Below, in pieces: positions 14,181 to 16,577 of a stretch of DNA of 16,577 nucleotides. Made by a program: the position numbers and the translations under genes. Below the pieces are notes generated by a model. That model ran no database searches and was not told the origin of the DNA. It worked only from the letters and a program-made list of their open reading frames with translations. The stretch comes from Planctomycetota bacterium (GTDB lineage Bacteria; Planctomycetota; PLA2; JAEUHO01), in assembly GCA_965223505.1 (NCBI GenBank), contig CBDCWP010000028.1:1-16577 (forward strand). Reading direction: 5' to 3'. Positions within the stretch are counted from its first letter, which is position 1; each line of letters opens with the position of its first letter.

Positions 14181-15604
14181 TCAATCCTCCCGCTTCGCGT
14201 CCTCGATCCCCAGCTTCTCGAGTCGGTACCGGAAGGAGCGGAAGGAGATGCCCAGGAGCCGCGCCGCCTTCTTCTTCACGCCCCGGACACGCGCAGGGCC
14301 TCGGCGAGCAGCGAACGCTCGTAGTCGTCGACGAGCTCCTCGAGCTTCACGCCCTCGGCGGTGATGCGCGGGCGATCTCGCGATGCGGCCCGCACCTCGC
14401 GTCACGGTCGGCGGCAGCAGATCGGCAGTCGATCGATCGGTCCCACGCGCGAGCGCCACGGCTCGTTCGATCAGGTTCTCGAGCTCGCGCACGTTGCCCG
14501 GAAAGCCATGTAGGCACAGAGGAGGTCCATGGCGGCGCTCGTCCGAGATGCCGTCCACCTGCTTGCCGAGCTCTTGCGCTGAACTTCTGGATGAAGTGCT
14601 GGGCGAGCAGCGGGATGTCTTCGGATCCGCTCTCGAAGGGGAGGCAACGTCAGCTGGATCACGTTGAGGCGATAATAGACGATCCTCGCGGAAGCGACCG
14701 GCGGCCACCTCCTCCTCCAGTCGTCGATTCGTCGCCGATACGATCCGCACGTCGGTCTTTCGATCGACGTGTTGTCACCGACGCGCCGGATGGTCTTCTC
14801 CTGCAATGCGCACGCAAGCAGCTTGACCTGGAGCGCTCGCCGAGAGCTCGCCGATCTCGTCGAGAAAGAGCGACCCGCCCGCCGCCGCCTGCGAAGAGGC
14901 CTTCCTTGTTCTGTACGGCGCCCGTGAAGGCGCCTTTCACATGGCCGAAGAGTTCGCTCTCGAGCAGATTCTCCGGGAATCGCCCCACAATTGATCGCGA
15001 TGAAGGGCTCATCGTGCGCGTTCGCTCTGCTCGTGGATCGCTCGGGCGACGAGCTCCTTGCCCGTACCGCTCTCGCCCGTAGACGAGAACGTTGGTCTTG
15101 GTCTCCGCGACCTGTGCGATCAGATCGAAGACTTCCTGCATCGGGGCGGCTGTGGCCGATGATGTTGACGCATGGCGGGAGCGGCTCCGGATCTCCTGGC
15201 GGAGTCGGCGATTCTCACTCGAGAGGACCTTCTTCTCGAGCGCTTTCTCCATCACGATGCGGAGCTCGTCGACCTTGAAGGGCTTCGTCAGGTAGTCGTA
15301 GGCCCCCTCCTTCATCGCGGCGATGGCGCTATCCGTGGTCCCAAAGGCCGTCACGACGATCACCGATCGTGTCGGGAGAGATCTCGCGTGCGGCCTGGAT
15401 CAGCTCCAGCCCCGTCTTTTCCGGCATCTGGATGATCCGTGATGACGAGGTCGATTTCGTCGCTCTCGAGATGGACCAGCGCCGTATCGACGTCGCCGGC
15501 GGTGATCACGTCGTAGCCTTCGCGACGCAGGAAGATCTCGAGGAATTCCTGCATGCTGCGCTCGTCGTCGACGACGAGGATTCGCGAGGGTCGGACTCGG
15601 TCAT
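14181..15604 (-). CDS. pilR: PilR-like sigma54-dependent response regulator, broken by many indels (probably sequencing error)
   Basis: Fragments in alternating frames: [104 protein letters not shown]. The C-terminal GVKKKAARLLGISFRSFRYRLEKLG is characteristic of deltaproteobacterial PilR. Its ATG overlaps the upstream kinase stop (ATGA). Confidence 0.8.
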
Positions 15605-16577
15605 CGGGTCGCTCTCCGTCGACGTTCCAGCAGCACGCGGAAGACGCGCCCCGCGGCGTCGGATCACGTTCCGCGACCTCGATCGACTCCCCCGTGTTGC
15701 TCCACGATCCGCTGCACCGTCGCCAACCCCAATCCCGTGCCTTCCCGCTTCGTCGTGAAGAAGGGCTCGAAGATCATCTCCCGCACGTCCGCGTTCGGGA
15801 TTCCCGGGTCCCGAGTCCTCGACCTCGAGGAGCACGAGCCAGCTCCCTCGGACGCCGATCCTGCGGAGGTCGGCCCTGCATCTCCCTTACGGTCCCCGTT
15901 GCGGCCCGCCTCTTGAGCACGATCCCCCGGCAGGCGGGCCGACGCGCCCCCGAATCGTCCCCTGCTCGCCCACGAGCCTCCACGGCGTTGTTCCAGAGGT
16001 TCCAGACCACCGCCTTGAGCAGCGCGGGATCCGCCATGACCCCGATCTCGAAATCGAGCTCGATAGCTCGACCCGCAGATCGGGCATGGTCCGACTGCGA
16101 GCTCGCTCATCTTCGCCACCTCCTCGACGACGCTCCGCGAGTCGCATCGGGCTCGAGGCGCAGCTTGGCGCCGGGCGCGAGTAGAGCAGGAAGTCTCCGA
16201 TCAAGGTCGTTCAGCCGGTCGACCTCACGCACCACGATGCCCATCAGCCGCCCGTGCTCGGGATCCGGTCGTTCCCCTCCCTTCCCGCAGCCCTGCAGCA
16301 GCTGGACCGAGCCGGAGATCGAGGCCAGCGGGTTCCGGATCTCGTGGGCGATCCGCGCGGCCATCTCGCCGACCGCGGCGAGCCGCTCCGATTGGCGGAG
16401 CTCGATCTCCATCGAGACGACCGACGTCACGTCCTGGAAGATCACGACGTGGCCGAGCGCGTCGCCCTCCTCGTCGAGCAGACTCGAGGCCGCGAGCCCG
16501 AGGAAGAGATCCTCGCCGCGCTCGTTGCGATAGGCGATCCGCTGCCGCGCCGCCGTGCGGGCGGGATCCGACGTCCG
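15601..16577 (-). CDS. pilS: PilS-like PAS/PAC sensor histidine kinase, 5' end outside the window, broken by many indels
   Basis: PAC-like [100 protein letters not shown]. Translationally coupled to the pilR-like gene. Confidence 0.78.

Noticed and set aside
2593..14364. Long overlapping alternative-frame ORFs (e.g. 2593..4101 -, 7224..9059 +, 8938..9957 +, 11241..12971 -, 11255..13177 +, 12970..14364 +)
   Set aside because: These are expected shadow ORFs in high-GC DNA. Each overlaps a gene with clear family motifs and shows none of its own.
14181..16577. Programmed frameshifting or true pseudogenes for pilR/pilS
   Set aside because: There are too many scattered indels with conserved motifs retained and a sharp quality boundary, so sequencing error is more parsimonious, though not proven.

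Overview
GC-rich bacterial DNA that appears to consist of at least two unrelated blocks joined near 10720, with a possible second join near 1810. The left block (1-10720) is an accessory envelope/proteolysis region. It contains a partial Ig-like-domain lipoprotein, a frameshifted membrane-anchored protein, a secreted protein with a PrcB-C-like domain, an SH3 plus M48 metallopeptidase fusion, a YfbK-like vWA lipoprotein, a Cys/Pro-repeat membrane lipoprotein and a 59-aa lipoprotein absent from the ORF track. Facing these are a CHAT (caspase-like) protease with a TPR-like tail and a TPR-like protein ending in a CxxC...CxxC zinc ribbon. Divergent from those is an ECF sigma factor with a likely autoregulated promoter, cut off after region 2. 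The right block (10743-16577) is a Myxococcota/Desulfobacterota-style type IV pilus regulatory region: an XRE HTH gene, a sigma54-dependent response regulator, a HAMP histidine kinase, and pilR- and pilS-like genes. The last two are full of single-base indels that look like uncorrected read errors. The 736-aa ORF at 10428-12638 is most likely a junction artefact rather than a real sigma-NtrC fusion. No rRNA, tRNA, CRISPR array or transposase was seen. All family calls come from motif recognition by eye, not from database searches.
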